Positions 26,311-60,916 of a stretch of DNA of 64,000 nt are shown one piece after another. Location of the stretch: contig NMRA01000054.1 of NCBI GenBank assembly GCA_002633005.1, positions 941,038 to 1,005,037 on the forward strand, written 5' to 3'. The notes beneath the pieces were generated by a model. That model worked only from the letters and a program-made list of their open reading frames with translations, was not told the origin of the DNA and did not search any database. Positions within the stretch are counted from its first letter, which is position 1; each line of letters opens with the position of its first letter. A program made the translations under genes and the position numbers. Source of the stretch: Phoronis australis (Eukaryota > Animalia > Phoronida).

Positions 26311-29192
26311 TCTTCCAAACTTAATTCAGTCAGACATGGAATGAAATTCAATCAATAAACAATTTAGTTGAACTGCCTCACATGCATGATGCATTCGACA
26401 ACATATTCTCACTGCTATTGGCAGTTGAGGAATTATTTTTATTTCATTTCATTGGTAGCTTTAGTGGGAATTTATTTCCTTATTATTTTGTGTAAAAGTC
26501 CGCGATCATGTCTCCTTTTGTTGAGAATATTTCGATATTTCAAAATGCTAACTAAGGCGTCATGCCTTCTTTAAAAGCCATCTTTTCATTTATATCTCTT
26601 GCTGTTATGAAATTCATCTCATTTTAATCCTTATTCAGATTACAAAAATTCTCCAATTTGGAACAGTCTCTTGAATTTGGGTGACGGAAACTCTCACAAG
26701 AATCAAACTCTCTTGATTCTAGAATTTGGACAGGCACGATTTTGGCATTCAGTATTTCTCAATTTTCAGGCAATGTCTTTCCTTTTGCTGTGATTCTTGA
26801 ATTTAAAACGACTAATATTACCTATTTCTGGAATTTGCGACACGCTTCAACCTTGGTCAAAATAATTAACTTTTCGCTGTCCCAACCTGGAGAATTTTTA
26901 CAGTAAATGCGATTTCTATCCTTGAGAAGATCCGAAAAGCTGTTGTTGCATCAGATCAAATCATTAGTTGCTTGTCATGGTTTCCTTTGCCAAGGCAGTA
27001 CCCTCGGTCGTTGGGTGGTTTCCAGCCTATTTATTTCAACCAATTTCAAAAAAAGGATAAGAAAGTGATGACAGTGCTTTGGAAGAGCAGATAGGCCCGA
27101 CATTTTAAGACCAGAACATGATTTATAAGGGCTTTAATGGATCTCTGTCGAGGTCATGAAGTAAAAAAACAAACATTTTATCAGTCCGAATATATCCAAC
27201 CTTGGTAACGGCAAAATTAAATAGAACAGCTGCCGTAAACATTCAGGTTAACGCCCATACTCACCTGAGCAAACAACCCCTAGTTTTGAAAATTGTCATA
27301 GAGATCCCACTGCTTGGCTTATTTACCGTAAGTGCCTGGGGCAGTAACTATAATTTCTAACTCACTGCTAACTTCACTCACTACGAGATTACTTACGTGA
27401 GATGTGCGTGCAGGTCTGATGAGTCATTAGCGTGTGGATTCTGATGCTGTTTTGATGTGTTTTTCTTACCTCTTCATTTTTGGATTTATTGCCTTCTTTT
27501 GCTTTGTCTCTGCTAGTCAGAGTTAACTATAAAGCAATCGTTGCCTTGCTGCTTTGTAATACAGAAATATGGAGTGTTGACAGACTGTTTGCTGTGTTTT
27601 TGTTCCTTTTTGTTAGTGTTGCCCACTAGTTGGGATGCTAATAGTTTTTGGGCACTTTGTCGGAGTTCACTATACACACGTGTTCTTTGTCGGCCCTGCC
27701 GATATCCATTGTCGTGGAGACTTATTTTGCAACATGGCTGGGTGTTTAACAAACTTTTTTGGCCACCCTCCCTGGCATGGCTAGCTATGGGGTGCGACGT
27801 TTTGCTGCAAAAGCATGCTTTTCATGTTAAAACTGACAATATTTTACCAAAAAAAATAAAGAGTGCGCTAGTTGGAATTCAAATAGCAAACTGAAAAAAT
27901 GGTCTTTTCTTGGCATAATGTGTCCAGAACTTAATGTGCACTCTTCACAAGATTCTGCTTTGGTGCTGTACCTGCCACTGTTTTAGGTACAATCTTAAAT
28001 GCTTGTGTAAAATTTATTTAGTTCAGCTGATCATTACCTGTTTTGACTGAATGGTTACTTGGAAGTTCTACCTGCCTGTGTGTTTTACAATAGCCATTAA
28101 ACATTTGCTATTAATGACAAACATTTATTTAATCTGCATGCTATTAAGCAATTTTCACAGTTGATCGCTTGATAAAATTCACTTATCTGTGGTTTTTCAG
28201 TAATAGGTCAACTGCAAAATACAACTATTATTCTGCTTGCTTTGACTAATCTTTCATTCAGCCGCATTTCTTCACAGCGTTACTTGATCAAAGGCATACA
28301 GTTTTTAAAAGCACCTCTCATTTACTACACAACTAAAACTTTTCAAAAAATAGTCATGGCGTAGTACGCTTCAACCAGTTTAAAATTTCAGCTTCTTGCC
28401 AGATAGTCATGAAGTGATAGAAATTGCCAGCACACGATACCATGCATTTTTTGTGCATGATGTTGTATACAGTGTGCGCAATTGATTACGTTGCCAGGAG
28501 TTCACATATAGAAGGGTGGTAGAGCCTTCATATGTTCTGCGTGCACATTAATGGCAAATAAACAACTCACTGTGGAAGTAAAATTATCAGAGACTGCTAC
28601 TAGGAACTCAAAAATGTCAAGGAAGTGCAGTGACAATCTTTTTCTCAAGTAAATAAACAATGCATTTATTTTTGGTTTAAAGACATAACTTCTTTTTGAT
28701 CACCTCTTCATGAATTTAAACTAGTGATCTTGTACCTAAGTCAATAATTTCATTTGAAGTGTGAGTATATTTTTAGGGATTACCTACCTCTTGATCCCTA
28801 AGACATTTTAATGAATCTTAATGAAGTTTTACAGAAATGCTTCTGTCAAGAAGGGATGACACGTGTTAAATTTAGAAGGATGCAAGAAACCATGGGGGGA
28901 GCGTGGCTGACATTGACTTTCGAAATGTGTAACGAGCGTTGCCCTAGTGGCATGTTCAGTTTTCTGTGCATCTGTGTCACCATCAAGTTCCTCGACAGAT
29001 CTTCAGGGAATTTGGAAGACACGTTCCTATCAAGGAGTAGATGTTACCTGGTTATTTTCAAACGTTTCTGACTTGTGCATTCCCCCTAGTGGTAGTTTTA
29101 GGTGGTTAGTATCCACTATGATGTTAATATTAAGTGCAGTATTGATATTTGGAATATCGTACTAATGGCATGTGTCTTTGTTGTAGGTGTGA

Positions 29193-49524
<20,332 letters not shown>

Positions 49525-51534
49525 CGTGGGTGGTATTGTCTCAAGTGGCTTGATACATCAACTGGTGAACGCATAAGAGATGTCTGTGACGGTTGAACAG
49601 GCTTAAATATGACGAGTTGCTTGTGATGCTTCCAAGAGTATGACGTGAGATGAAAGCTGGTGATTTTGGTCTCATTAAAGAGCAGTTTCATCTCAAATCA
49701 AAAGAAATCTAGACCTGTGTTATTTGATGAAGTGTTGAAAATTGTAGTGAACATTCAATTAGTTCCGTAATAATTTGAACTGTTGTTATGATTCAGAACT
49801 AGACATGGGACAATGAGCATTACTAAAACGTACGTTGAAGGTTTGCAACGATTATCCAAATGAACTAGTTATAATAATTTAGGCAACGTTCAATTTGTAG
49901 CCAACACCCGAATAGTGATAGTTCATTTTGTAAAGTGTTCATCACATGATGCGTTTAGTTTGTTTTAGTTTTAAACATGGTTGGCTTTCCCTACGTCAGT
50001 TCATCAACACGTCAATAGCTGATGCCAAGATGTAAAAACCAGTTTTTGGTGCAAAGACTGGCAAATGAAAAAATCAGTCCAATATTATTTCTGGCTTACA
50101 GGTCAACAGAAGATATTTTTAAGCAAGTTCAAGTATGCCTTTGTCAACATAAATATTTTACAAAACTCAGTGTTTTCAAGATTAATTTTTTTAAACTTGC
50201 CAGTGTTCGTTTCACACTTTCATTTGCTGTGTTTAAGCTAGAGTGCTCGACACATATTTTGCTCTTGATATGGTTTGGATTAAAAAGATTGACGTACAAA
50301 ACTAGTCAAGACAATACGAAGTGACCTCTGAACTATTGACGGTGTTATTACTCAGTCAGGAATTCGTGTACATACGAGAGTTCACCGTAAATTAGCATGC
50401 ATAGCCAATGTGCGTTTTCTCAAACGTGTATGACTAATGTGTACAACATTGTGTAAAACATGTTGCAAGCTTCAACACTTGCTGTAGCTTTAGAGCTGTG
50501 AGTTTAGGAACAGACATCAAGCTTTGTGTCTTTGCAGCTGCCGTTTAGCACAAGTTCTCATCATTGAAGAGGACTTGGTACTGCGTAAATATGTGACCAT
50601 TTTGAACTATGCAATTTAAAGCATCGCCAGGTTATGGAACCCTTTTGCATTTTACAACAGCATTTTTGTAAAACACAACTGCTCAATAACCAAGCTGCAG
50701 GAAGTCTTTTGAAGTGTCATGAACTTCGTTGCCACATCGTGTGCACTTTAGACTAGTTTCTCACTTTTGCTTAATACGTCTTTCGAGTACATGCTGTTTG
50801 TAAATTTAATTATTTCCGTCCATCACTTGTCACTGTAAATACATTCATTTCAATTAAGTCCGTTTTGAATACAAACAATTGTTTATTGTTCCGTTGCCTG
50901 TTAATGTTAATCTAACACACATGCCACTTTACTCAAACAAGTCGCAGAAGTTTTTAAGCTGGGGCTTTTTTATAAGCTTTCTTGCACGTAGCAGTATTTG
51001 GTCAGTGGGTCCATCGAGTGTCGTTTATTCTCACAGCCAGACCTACAATTAGGGCTAGCAAAAATGTTTGTGTAGAATTAATGTACTCAGTAACAGGAGT
51101 ATGGTGCCAAGTTGTGAACATGTTTCAACGTTTTAAAATGGAAGAAGCTTCACTGAGTGTATTTGTTAGTATTGCTGGCCCTCAATTGACCAATCTGCAA
51201 AGTTACATTCCTTCAAGTTAGGGACATGTGGTACATGTTGGCGATACTGTTCATGACATTTAATGGCAAATCCTTGCAGTCATTTTTAATATCAAACATG
51301 ATTAATGCCGCAGGACAGGATTCAAAGGCACTAAAAGTATATTAATTTTGTCGTTGGTGACCTTAGAAAACACTTTGCCAAAAACATCAAAATATATGTC
51401 TGTGCCTTATCGCCAATAGCATACTGGAACTTTGTCTCAGTCTTCGTAAGATTGTCAGTGTTATCGTTAAATTTAGAATGTAATTAATGATTCTTTGCTT
51501 TCACCCAGACGCTGCTGTGGGCAAAACATGCTCA

Positions 51535-51540
51535 AATAAA
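51535..51540 (+). terminator. Candidate STK33 polyadenylation signal
   Basis: AATAAA about 2 kb after the stop, followed by T-rich sequence. Usage is not demonstrable from sequence. Confidence 0.4.
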
Positions 51541-51648
51541 ACATGTTTTTATGGAAACCCCTGAGTTCTCTCATTTATCATGCTTTCACTTTGTTATATA
51601 AAGGATACATGAAGGTGCACCGAGCTTGGAGTATTTATTAGGCACCAG

Positions 51649-52038
51649 CGCCTGGTTGCATGAAACAGTCCCAAATAGGGACTCAACTAAGTTCCCTAAA
51701 TCTTGAGTGTCTTGGTTTTGTTCTTAACTCACTGATGTATCTTTTTCTATCATTTTATCTTTGTTATGAGCTCCTCTTTGACTAAGACATTTTCTAATAA
51801 TATAACTAAAAACTGAGCCCTCAATTAAGTCATAATAATTAGGGACTTAGTTTACAGTTTATTTTTTAATAATATGAAGAATTCAACTTATGGTTTGCTT
51901 TCGATTTGTATCAAAGACAAAAATTGTCTCGAATAACATGATAAAGGACAATCAGTATTTTCACAAGCCCACAAATACGCAGTAGATTTAGGGAACTTAG
52001 TCGAGTCCCTATTTGGGACCTGTTCATGACACCGGGCA
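51649..52038. mobile_element. MITE with long (about 54 bp) TIRs, Harbinger-like
   Basis: gcctggttgcatgaaacagtcccaaatagggactcaactaagttccctaaatct pairs with agatttagggaacttagtcgagtccctatttgggacctgttcatgacaccgggc. Flanks cag / caa. Confidence 0.75.
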
Positions 52039-52471
52039 CAAGGACATAAATGTGTAATACCTGCATTTGCAACTCGGTAATTCATTCATTCGTACTTGGC
52101 TAAATTTGACCAAGCTCGATCAAGTCTAACGGTAACTCTAACAATAACTACATGCACACAACTTCAAATTATCTTTGCTTGAAATTTATCAGTAGCAGCA
52201 CTTGCTTTGTACAGATAACAAGTAGTAGTTACAAAACTGCAGCATGAATGGCGAAATTTAATGTGTAACATTGTCTTGTTGAGTGATGAAGATGGAACAT
52301 GTGGTTTGCAGATAACTGCCAAGGACTACAACACAGCACTGCTTTACAAGCATATCTATATCCACACTAATGTGTCATGCAAATCATAACATAATATAAA
52401 AAACAGCAATATATGCATCTCCTTTTCAGGAAACTTAAAGACAGATGACCACATATTAAAAACAACCCAGT

Positions 52472-55400
52472 TCAACTGCTTGCTTTCACAAAGCCCATTT
52501 TGGCAAATTTATTGGAATTTTCACTTTTCTGGTCATCCTTTTGTGGCTGGGCCATTTCATTGGTGACATTGGCATTGTCTCCTTCACTTCGGGCCGCAGC
52601 AGAAGCTACGATGTTGAGTTCTTCGTCCTTCGTTATAACTGCATCTGTGGCAGGTTCTTCTACCTGACTTTTAGGCTCCTCATGGAAACCTAAGAACATA
52701 AGAAATCAATTACCTGGAGAGGACAATTCTAGACTGTTTCCATATCTAAGCAAAATCTTATCCTGCAAGGTTGAAGAAAACAATGGCTAATAAAATACAC
52801 AACATAAGAATCACAATCAAAAGACAATCTTAACTGATATTTGTTTTCCCAAAAAACACTAAACGAAAATATTTACGGCGGCACTTCACTAACCAAAATG
52901 TTTAAATAAGATTTTCACATCTCCTTTCTGATCAGTATTTTTTGTGCTTCAAATATAAGTTTTCCTTAGTCCATCTTTCGAGTATTTTTAGTCTTCCATC
53001 ACCCTGCCCCAAGTAATCTGAGATGTGAACGTATGTCCGAAAAATTTTCTGTTTTTTCACTTTTCATTGTTGGAGGGCGCTGCTGCAAAAATGTTTTGTT
53101 TTTATAATTGATGATTTACGGTTGGTAACAGGAGGGGAAACAAATTTCATATACACCATAGCTGCTTCAGGATAAAAATGGACATGAAATTGTCTTTGCC
53201 ATCACGGTTATGTTAAACACGGGCTCAGTTGTACACATTCCCAGAGTGGGATGTAAAATGTGACATCACATTTTCACAAAATTGAATTCATTTAAAAAGG
53301 TATTCATTTGCGCCCTTTCTGCAAAAAAAATAATTATCCAGTTGTCCAGTTAAAATATTACTTGGTGGTAAAAAATGGAAGAAGGTTGTTGTCCCCTTAC
53401 TGCCAAAATGACAAACTATGCAACATCTATAACATTGTTTTAACATAAAATTTAAGAATTTCCCAAGTTTCTCGAAAAAAGAATCTTTAATAAAAGATTT
53501 GTAATCTTACCAAACTTTATTGATTAACCTGAAAACTTAGTTTTTGACATTGTTTGGACCTAACATGCTGTTTCAAAAGTTTATGCCTGTACGGTAAAAT
53601 CTCACCAATTTAGGATACAATATGGCGGACACTTGAAATTTTATTCTCATTTCTTTCATAAGTTAAAGATATTTAGCATCCAATTAATGCTTTACCATGT
53701 TCACGTTCTGCCCAATAGCTACCACTGGAGAACATTTTGAAAACTTGTGGGCATTCAGAAAATGTTTGAAAACCTTGAAAAATGAAAAAAGGGTAATTTT
53801 GGTGATTATGTCAAAAATAGGTGAGATTTTATCGTAATCTGATCTAGTATTACCCAAGCCTCTGTGTCGTTTGATCCCCATAAGTTTGTGCTCCAGACTG
53901 TGAGTATATTGCTGCTCGAGGTCTTCGCTGAGTTTTTTACTGGAACTGTCAGCTGAAATGGAGTTACAATTTTGATAGTTTAAAGAATTGTAGGGTCCAC
54001 CAAAACAAAGTCTACCACAGCCAGTTCTGGAGAATGAATAAAACTTATATCCGTCAACTTGTGTAAGGTGGACCTTCACAGAACTCAGACAGCATTATGT
54101 GGTACGGTTATTCTGGTTCATGCGCTCGACTGTTCAGGTAAGACAATTTGTGCACTATTCCGAAGAAATCTTAGATCCGAGTTTTGCTGAAATTATTTCC
54201 TGTGACAATGTTGCAAGACAACACAAAAGATATGTGAATCTGCCACTACTGATCTTTGCACTGTTAACTGAAGGACTTGTCAAGCCTCATCACAAGTTGT
54301 CATCACCATCAACATAGCATTCAGTGATGCACTCATTGAGGCAACATAACCTTCACTTTCACTGCAATAATCACATGAGTATTGGATTCAAGTAAGGCCA
54401 AAACAGGACATTTAGTTCAGGAAACAAAAATTCATCTGATATCAGCTTCAGTGGTGCTGCAATGTCTTTTAACAAAAAATTCACCTAATATCAGCTATTA
54501 AATTTGCCATGCCAAAAGCCTTTTTACTTTTTTGACAAAATTCACAAATTAGCAGCTAAAATGATGCGTCGAAGCCTTCCGTAAAAAAATCTCAATTCTC
54601 ATTTCAAAACTGATACGGGCATCAACCAGAAACAAACATGTTTTTGACCTACCAACATAATAGAAAATGAATTTTAATACTTCAATTTATGAGTTAATTT
54701 GAGGATAACTTTGCCAAGATTATAAAAATGGGTGAATGAATCAATAAATAAACAAGTGCAATTACTATGAACAAGTAATTTAACACTATACAGTAAATGC
54801 TGAAATGCATGAAATTTATCACTTAATAGTCATTTTGAAAATGTGTGTTAAACAGAAGACTGATACCATGGTCTTTGTCTCTGACTACGCAGATTTCGTT
54901 AACAATGGTAACTACCTTAGGCATCCCCTTTTCAACATTTAGAAGATATACATAAAAGCACGGCTCAAGACCAAATGCTGACTAGGTCTCAATAAGCAGG
55001 TGGAATTGTCCCAAGTTCTTATTCATACAAGTATTACCAGCCTTCATGATGTGAAGAGTTTCTCTGATTCATCTGCCAGTGGTAAATCAATTTGAATTTG
55101 TGTCCAAGATGGAGCAGGTTCTCCGTCAATAACATTATTATTTTGTATGGCACGGTCCATCCTATGGACAAGATGGATACTAACGTCCTTGTATTGTTTA
55201 TAACATGCTTTACTCTGGCTGTCAAACTGTGTACATTGGAGAGGATAATCAAAATCTGGGTACGTGCCTGTCTGAATACATGAAAGAATTGGAGTTAAAG
55301 AGCTCCAGTCATTTCACTCATAGTCACAGAGTTTCTGAGCGCAGCAATCACAAATCATCTGCTGTCATTACTGACCATGCAAAATAACCATACTATTGAC

Positions 55401-57387
55401 TGGGAAAATGTTTGTATCTTGGACAGAGATTCAAATCAACAAAACTAGTAATTCTTGCATGAATAGTGACCAGGGACAATTCCACCTGGATACGTCTTAC
55501 AATTATGACCTAATCAACCAATTAGAGTCGTCGATCTCGCCGTGAACTTAAATGTACCAAATCAACGCAATATCAGTTAGAGAATGGATGCTGATGAGAG
55601 TATCAGAAAATAATCATAGGTACAAAAAAATTTGTCCACGCGAAAAAGACCCTATCCTCTCTATACAACTTCCACTTGCAATTATAAATGTTGCGTACAG
55701 ATTAAAACATTAAACAGAAAGGAAAAGCATGCGAATACTTACGAGCTGACCCTGTCGACGTATTGCTTTCCCCAATGATTATCTTTCCACTGTGACTTTT
55801 CTGAAAGGATTATTTAAACTAAACTAGTTTCAAAACAGTACAAGTACAATTGGATACAACCACTCTACAAGACGGGGGCAGTATATACTGTATTCATGTT
55901 GAAAGAACGCACACATTTTTTGAGTTAAGAAATTCAAAATCAGCAAGTGGCGTTGAGCCAAGCATCTAAGACGAAATTTTGAAAATTCAGGTGAGACATC
56001 AACCGAAATCAAGTTTCCGTGTATTCATTGAAGTAGTCACCCAGTATTTTTTTAAAGAACTTTAAATAAATAAATAAAAAAATAAATAAATGTATAAGTT
56101 GCTTAAGGTTATTCTTCATTTATTTTCCACAAAAAAAGTAATTGCTTTTCCATAATAATAGAGACTAGTAAAAGAACTGCACTGTCTAAAATTTTTCACA
56201 CTCATACATGAGAGATGGATAAATACATTTCATATCAAAGCTGTTTGCCTCAAGTCATGATCACAGATAAAATTTATTAAAAACTCAGTTTACCTAATCA
56301 AAAAAAAAAATTCAATTCAAGTCAGAAATTATCAAAAAAAGGCAATGCCATATCAACTACCGCACTGAGTTAAATCATCGCGGAATATATCAAAATTTCC
56401 ATTACATACGAATAACTAAACAGTGACAAATATAAAGAGCAATAAAGCTTTCCCTGATCGAAGCACTTGCAAAGATTTTTTACCTTGCCTGCTCCCATAA
56501 GTTTTAAAAACTTCTGTTTACGGTCATCTCCACCCATGTCAGCATTTTCCCAGGCATTAGCCGAATGAACCTGAGGACAGTAACCAGAATACTCAACTAT
56601 TTAAAGACAAAAGTCAGAAACAGATATGCAACAATAGCAAAAACAACGTTACAGCAAATTAAGGTGTAGTGAATTCTAGTCTGATGATTAGTGTAATAAT
56701 TGTTTTCGCTTGAAAGCTCCAACTTCTAGGCGATTGGCAATTAAAGCCGGTGCTAGTACCTGGCTACTCAGATTCGATTATCACTCGTGGGCAGATTCAA
56801 CTAGGCAACTCCAACAGGCAAATACCACCCTATCAGGTGCAACTTGCATAGGGTCTATTTATTATGATAGAAAGCAAGCAACAGAGGTAGGCAGTACTCT
56901 ATCTTAGATCACAGTTCTAGTATTCCATGATTTAGATGTGAACACTTGACCTACTAGTACACTGGCTGCAAAAAGCAAATGAGTGGTTGTACGTGACAAA
57001 GGAGCTAAGTATTCTGCAGCGTGGGCCAATTGTTGATTTCAACAACGCCATGAAAAAATAACGATTATGTTATTGTTAACCGTTGTGAACGAGTTTCACT
57101 TAATTCCCTCTCCTCTTATCAAGCAATCTCCAATTGAATATGCGAACCACTAGGCAAAATTTCTATTAGTGACATTCTTTAAAAACAACGTTAAACATGG
57201 TGGAAACCTGTGAGACGTCAACATCACCGGCGGAGCGCTTGCGACTTTTCGGGTCGTCTGTTCCTGTCGGCGTGGACGATACAACAGACTCAGATTCGGT
57301 TGCTTTATCTGTATCTTTACGATCACTTTGTGCTTTACAAGCACCCCCAGATAGTTCTTTGCTACTCTGAGTAGAAGAGTCGCACAT
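52472..57387 (-). CDS. C11orf58: Small acidic protein (SMAP / C11orf58 family), 5 exons, 213 aa
   Basis: complement(join(57387-57208, 56570-56484, 55800-55743, 53952-53854, 52689-52472)); GT-AG introns, phases 0/0/1/1, 642 nt. SMAP domain [36 protein letters not shown]...KKLSEDLEQQYTHSLEHKLMGIKRHRGLGF. C-terminal KMGFVKASS resembles vertebrate KMMFVKSS. Confidence 0.9.
55090..55620 (+). mobile_element. Degenerate Penelope-like retroelement 3' fragment (GIY-YIG endonuclease)
   Basis: Frameshifted pieces VHPMDK, CQTVYIGE, KSSAVITDHA and TIDWENVCILDRD appear in the order typical of Penelope GIY-YIG domains. Lies in SMAP intron 3. Confidence 0.7.
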
Positions 57388-59399
57388 TTTTCGAAGTATA
57401 GTAGGAAACCGTGGGGTAAAATTGGACGGAAAACCGCCAAAATGTCGAAAACCAGACTGTCAACAAGCACACTATTTCCGCTCAAGTGGCAGATTTTTAA
57501 TAATTTCGACTAGAATGATCAATTCGATTGCTGGGGACCATTGAGTCAAGATACACCTTTATTTGCCAGATATAAAAAATGATGCTATTTCCAAGCATTT
57601 TGGAGCTTTCAACAAGCGAAAGACCTCAGGCAAGAAAAGATCGTAAGTGATCGTGAACTGCAAATGTCCAGTAGAGGTCTCTCACCTCAGTAACCAGTCA
57701 GAGACTGGAGGCCGACGGAGTGATGAGTACCCGTGATCAGGCCGCGGTTGTCCATAAAGGATGAGGTCAACCGATGTTGTTAACCACCTGGAAAAAATCA
57801 TGCTTCTGCATGATGGTAAGCTGTATGCTGGCTGTGATCACAAATGACAATCAAAGGCAATGTGAATAAATATATAATAGGCCTACTTATGTTCAAACAA
57901 TTAGATGTACGTTACGTCACGTTCAGAGCGCTAAAGGACACCCAGGCGTTGGTCCTATGGGATTGCCTACAGTATATCAAGCTCATTTTTAAATATGGTC
58001 TGAACTCATGATATTGTCAATGAAAAGTGTACATATCTTTAAAAAGATCATCTTTTTTACAGTTTCTTATGAAATACCTTTGCCTCCGACTGCGGGGCGG
58101 GCGGGTGCTCTAGGCTAATGGTGGATTAATAAAGGAAATACCTTCTTTTCTCGTAATACTAATTTTCTTATAAAACGCCGTCATGCTTTCACATACATTG
58201 CGCCATTTTTAAAGTCCTCGTCAAAATGGGGTAAAGGGAATACTTGGGAACTTTTAGATGCGTGGGTTCAGTTTGCGAGTCATCGTTTCGTATTTAAACT
58301 TTGCTGTAATACGATTTGAAGCTCCCTCTGTCCTAAAATTACGAACTGCATTCCGTTCATTTCTGAGTACGGTCTACCTGCGAAACACTGAAATAAAAAA
58401 GATGTCGAATTCTCTTGACCCAAAACTAGTTCTGGAAGGTTTAATAAACTTGACTTGTGGCAACAAAGAAGCAACTTTCGAAATACCAATGAAATGTTTA
58501 ATAGAAACTTTTAAGGATATTAAAATAACCTTGATTCTACGACACAATATTCAGTAGCCTAACGGGGTAAATATTAAAACAGATTTGTCAGATGATCATA
58601 CTATCTGAGCAAGTTGCAGAAAGGCAATGTTTCGAATAGATGAAGGATGGCCTTGCTCACAGTTTTTCAAAAGTCAAAAAGAATTATAAAAGGTGAATTA
58701 GATAAGTTTCGGTGCAGTGGTAAAAACAATAGATGCGCGTTAGGCTGCTTTAAGCAGAGACCGTTAGCGTCTTTGCTTTAAGTTTATCTCTCGTTTGTCA
58801 GAGTGGCGACTTGTTCTGGAAATTTAAGAATTTCGACTAAATTATTATATTTTTTTGTGCTCAAGCTCTTTGTCTAATTTCTCTTTTAAAGTATTTAATT
58901 GGAAACCTTTTTCATTCAGTCAACAGCCTTTATTAGTAATGATAAACTCTTCTTGACTCTCTTTTGAGATAGTCGATTATTATTCGAAGAAATTTTAAAT
59001 AAGTAAATAAATTTTCGTCTGCTCTCACGCGTCACGGAGTCGTCTTAGTCTTATAATCAATAACTCTCGGTAATCTGGAACCTATTAACACAAGAAATAG
59101 GTGTTGTTCGGAGCCATTTATCTGAGTTTGGCACCTAACTTCATCCAAAAATTTTCACACGTGCCATCGGGATCTTGTGAATTTCAACTTCAAATGAGTA
59201 TTATTCTCGTTCACGTTAACATCCGTGCATTGGCTACGTGCCCTCACTTTTGGTCTTGGTTCACTGACTCTTGGTTATGATCCCATCAGTAACAGCCACA
59301 TACACGCTCACTTCAGCTCCTCAAACACACGCAATTCGTTGCCTTGGCTTAAGTGATATGTAATGCCCTTGAAAATAGTGTCCACTACTGAGTTTTGCA

Positions 59400-59907
59400 A
59401 ACTTAGGAACAGCATCATTTCTTAGAAATGACTACTCGGATTTTACGAAACTTTCATATACCTTGCTCTATCACGCAATGTTCTGTAAAACGCGCTTAGC
59501 AATAATTGCTTTCAAACTACCAGTTTTGCATGATGCGCTCTTACTAAGAAGACTTATTGTGTTTGTGTGAAAGAAACAATACTAATAGTTGCATGAAACA
59601 AAGACGAAGTGATCATTTGGAAAACTGTAACATTATTTTTGAGATTGCATCTTGAACATGTCTATCAAGAGAAATTTGGTCGTGTTATTGATGCCGCTGT
59701 TTTGCTAGGGATGCACCTTTTTGCAAAATTTTACTGATGGTCACGTGACCCAATTATTACAAGATTCAGTGGCATAAATTCAAACATCAAGTTTTACGGG
59801 TATTCTACTCTCAGAAAACATATACTCTTGTACTGAGTTAAAATACATAATGTAGAAATTTTGCTAAATGTTCAAATTAGTCAATAGGATCGTACACAAG
59901 TTCCGTG
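59400..59907 (-). mobile_element. Inverted copy of the 14741 DNA-transposon family (boundaries approximate)
   Basis: The reverse complement catttagcaaaatttctacattatgtattttaactcagtaca...ttttctgagagtagaa matches 14780-14860 and 63272-63335. Confidence 0.5.
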
Positions 59908-59949
59908 ACTAACAATCACCACTATTGAACAGTTGTCTGTTTGTATTCA

Positions 59950-60097
59950 TAGTGGGGTGTAGGCGCACGTAGGCGCAGCCAACCCCCTTTTGGCATTTGA
60001 GCGTAGCGCCTACGCACCGTAAGTTACGTTCAGTGCTGAAGGTGATGCGGCCGGGCTTTGGGCGCCTACTTACTCGAATTTTACAACTACAGCACTG
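59950..60097 (-). mobile_element. Inverted copy of the 6056 MITE, one TIR truncated
   Basis: tagtggggtgtaggcgcacgtaggcgcagccaac...cgcaccgtaagttacgttcagtgct...actacagcactg is the reverse complement of 6056-6198. Confidence 0.75.
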
Positions 60098-60611
60098 TTT
60101 GCATTCTGCTCGGTTCTTACATGAATAGTGGCTCACAGCATAGAAGGCGAGAGTTCTATGCTTATACAATTACGAAATGCAACTCCCTGCTCATTAACCC
60201 AAGACTGGCAGTTCGTGTAAACGCACGTTCTGTCTTTTCCCAGGCGACTGCAACTAATCCCAGTTTTAGACGCAGCTTTATTCAGGCACATAGACCAAAA
60301 AACGGGCACATACTGTAAGAATCCAATGACAAGAGTTCCGCTCGGTTATAAGATTTTGTTCGGACTGTCGTAAAGGTTCGGTTACAACTCTTTAGTGAGT
60401 TCTGGTCGTGCACGTTGAATATCTAAGACGTAAGGTGCCAGGTAGTTTACGATTTGACCACACAAGTAGGCATAAAAGATAATTTTGTTTTTGAAAAATT
60501 GTTCACGTTCGTGCAGAAGAAAAGGCATGGATTATTCAAGGTTGGAGAGCGTTTCAAGTAGTTGTATTTTTGTTACCGTTTTCACAGAATAGGTTACGTG
60601 TGAACGAAAGC

Positions 60612-60916
60612 CCCGGGGAATCACTCATATTGACAAGGTGCCCGCAGGCGTGTACCAAAAATTGCTGGTAGCCCGTACTTTTTCAGCAAGTTTTGCGGGA
60701 CCCGAGTGGAGTCCAATAGGTCCTAAATCTCCATTTCGTGCTCGCAAGAGGGGATGGAGCAGGAAAAAACTACCCCTCAAAAGGGGATGAGGCAGAAAAA
60801 TCTACCCCGCAGGAGGCTGTGTGAATTAGCAGACCTGGCACCCGCAGTAAAAGGTCTCTCAGCAATTTTTGGTACACGCCTGCGGGCACCTTGTCAATAT
60901 GAGAGACCCGCTCGGG
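60612..60916. mobile_element. MITE with CCCG...CGGG ends and a near-perfect long subterminal inverted repeat
   Basis: ctcatattgacaaggtgcccgcaggcgtgtaccaaaaattgctg (60624-60667) is perfectly complementary to 60860-60903. Confidence 0.8.

Noticed and set aside
52915-53085. Acceptor-like site and purine-rich stretch in SMAP intron 4 as an alternative last exon
   Set aside because: It would stop after about 8 codons and lose the conserved C-terminal motif; no support.
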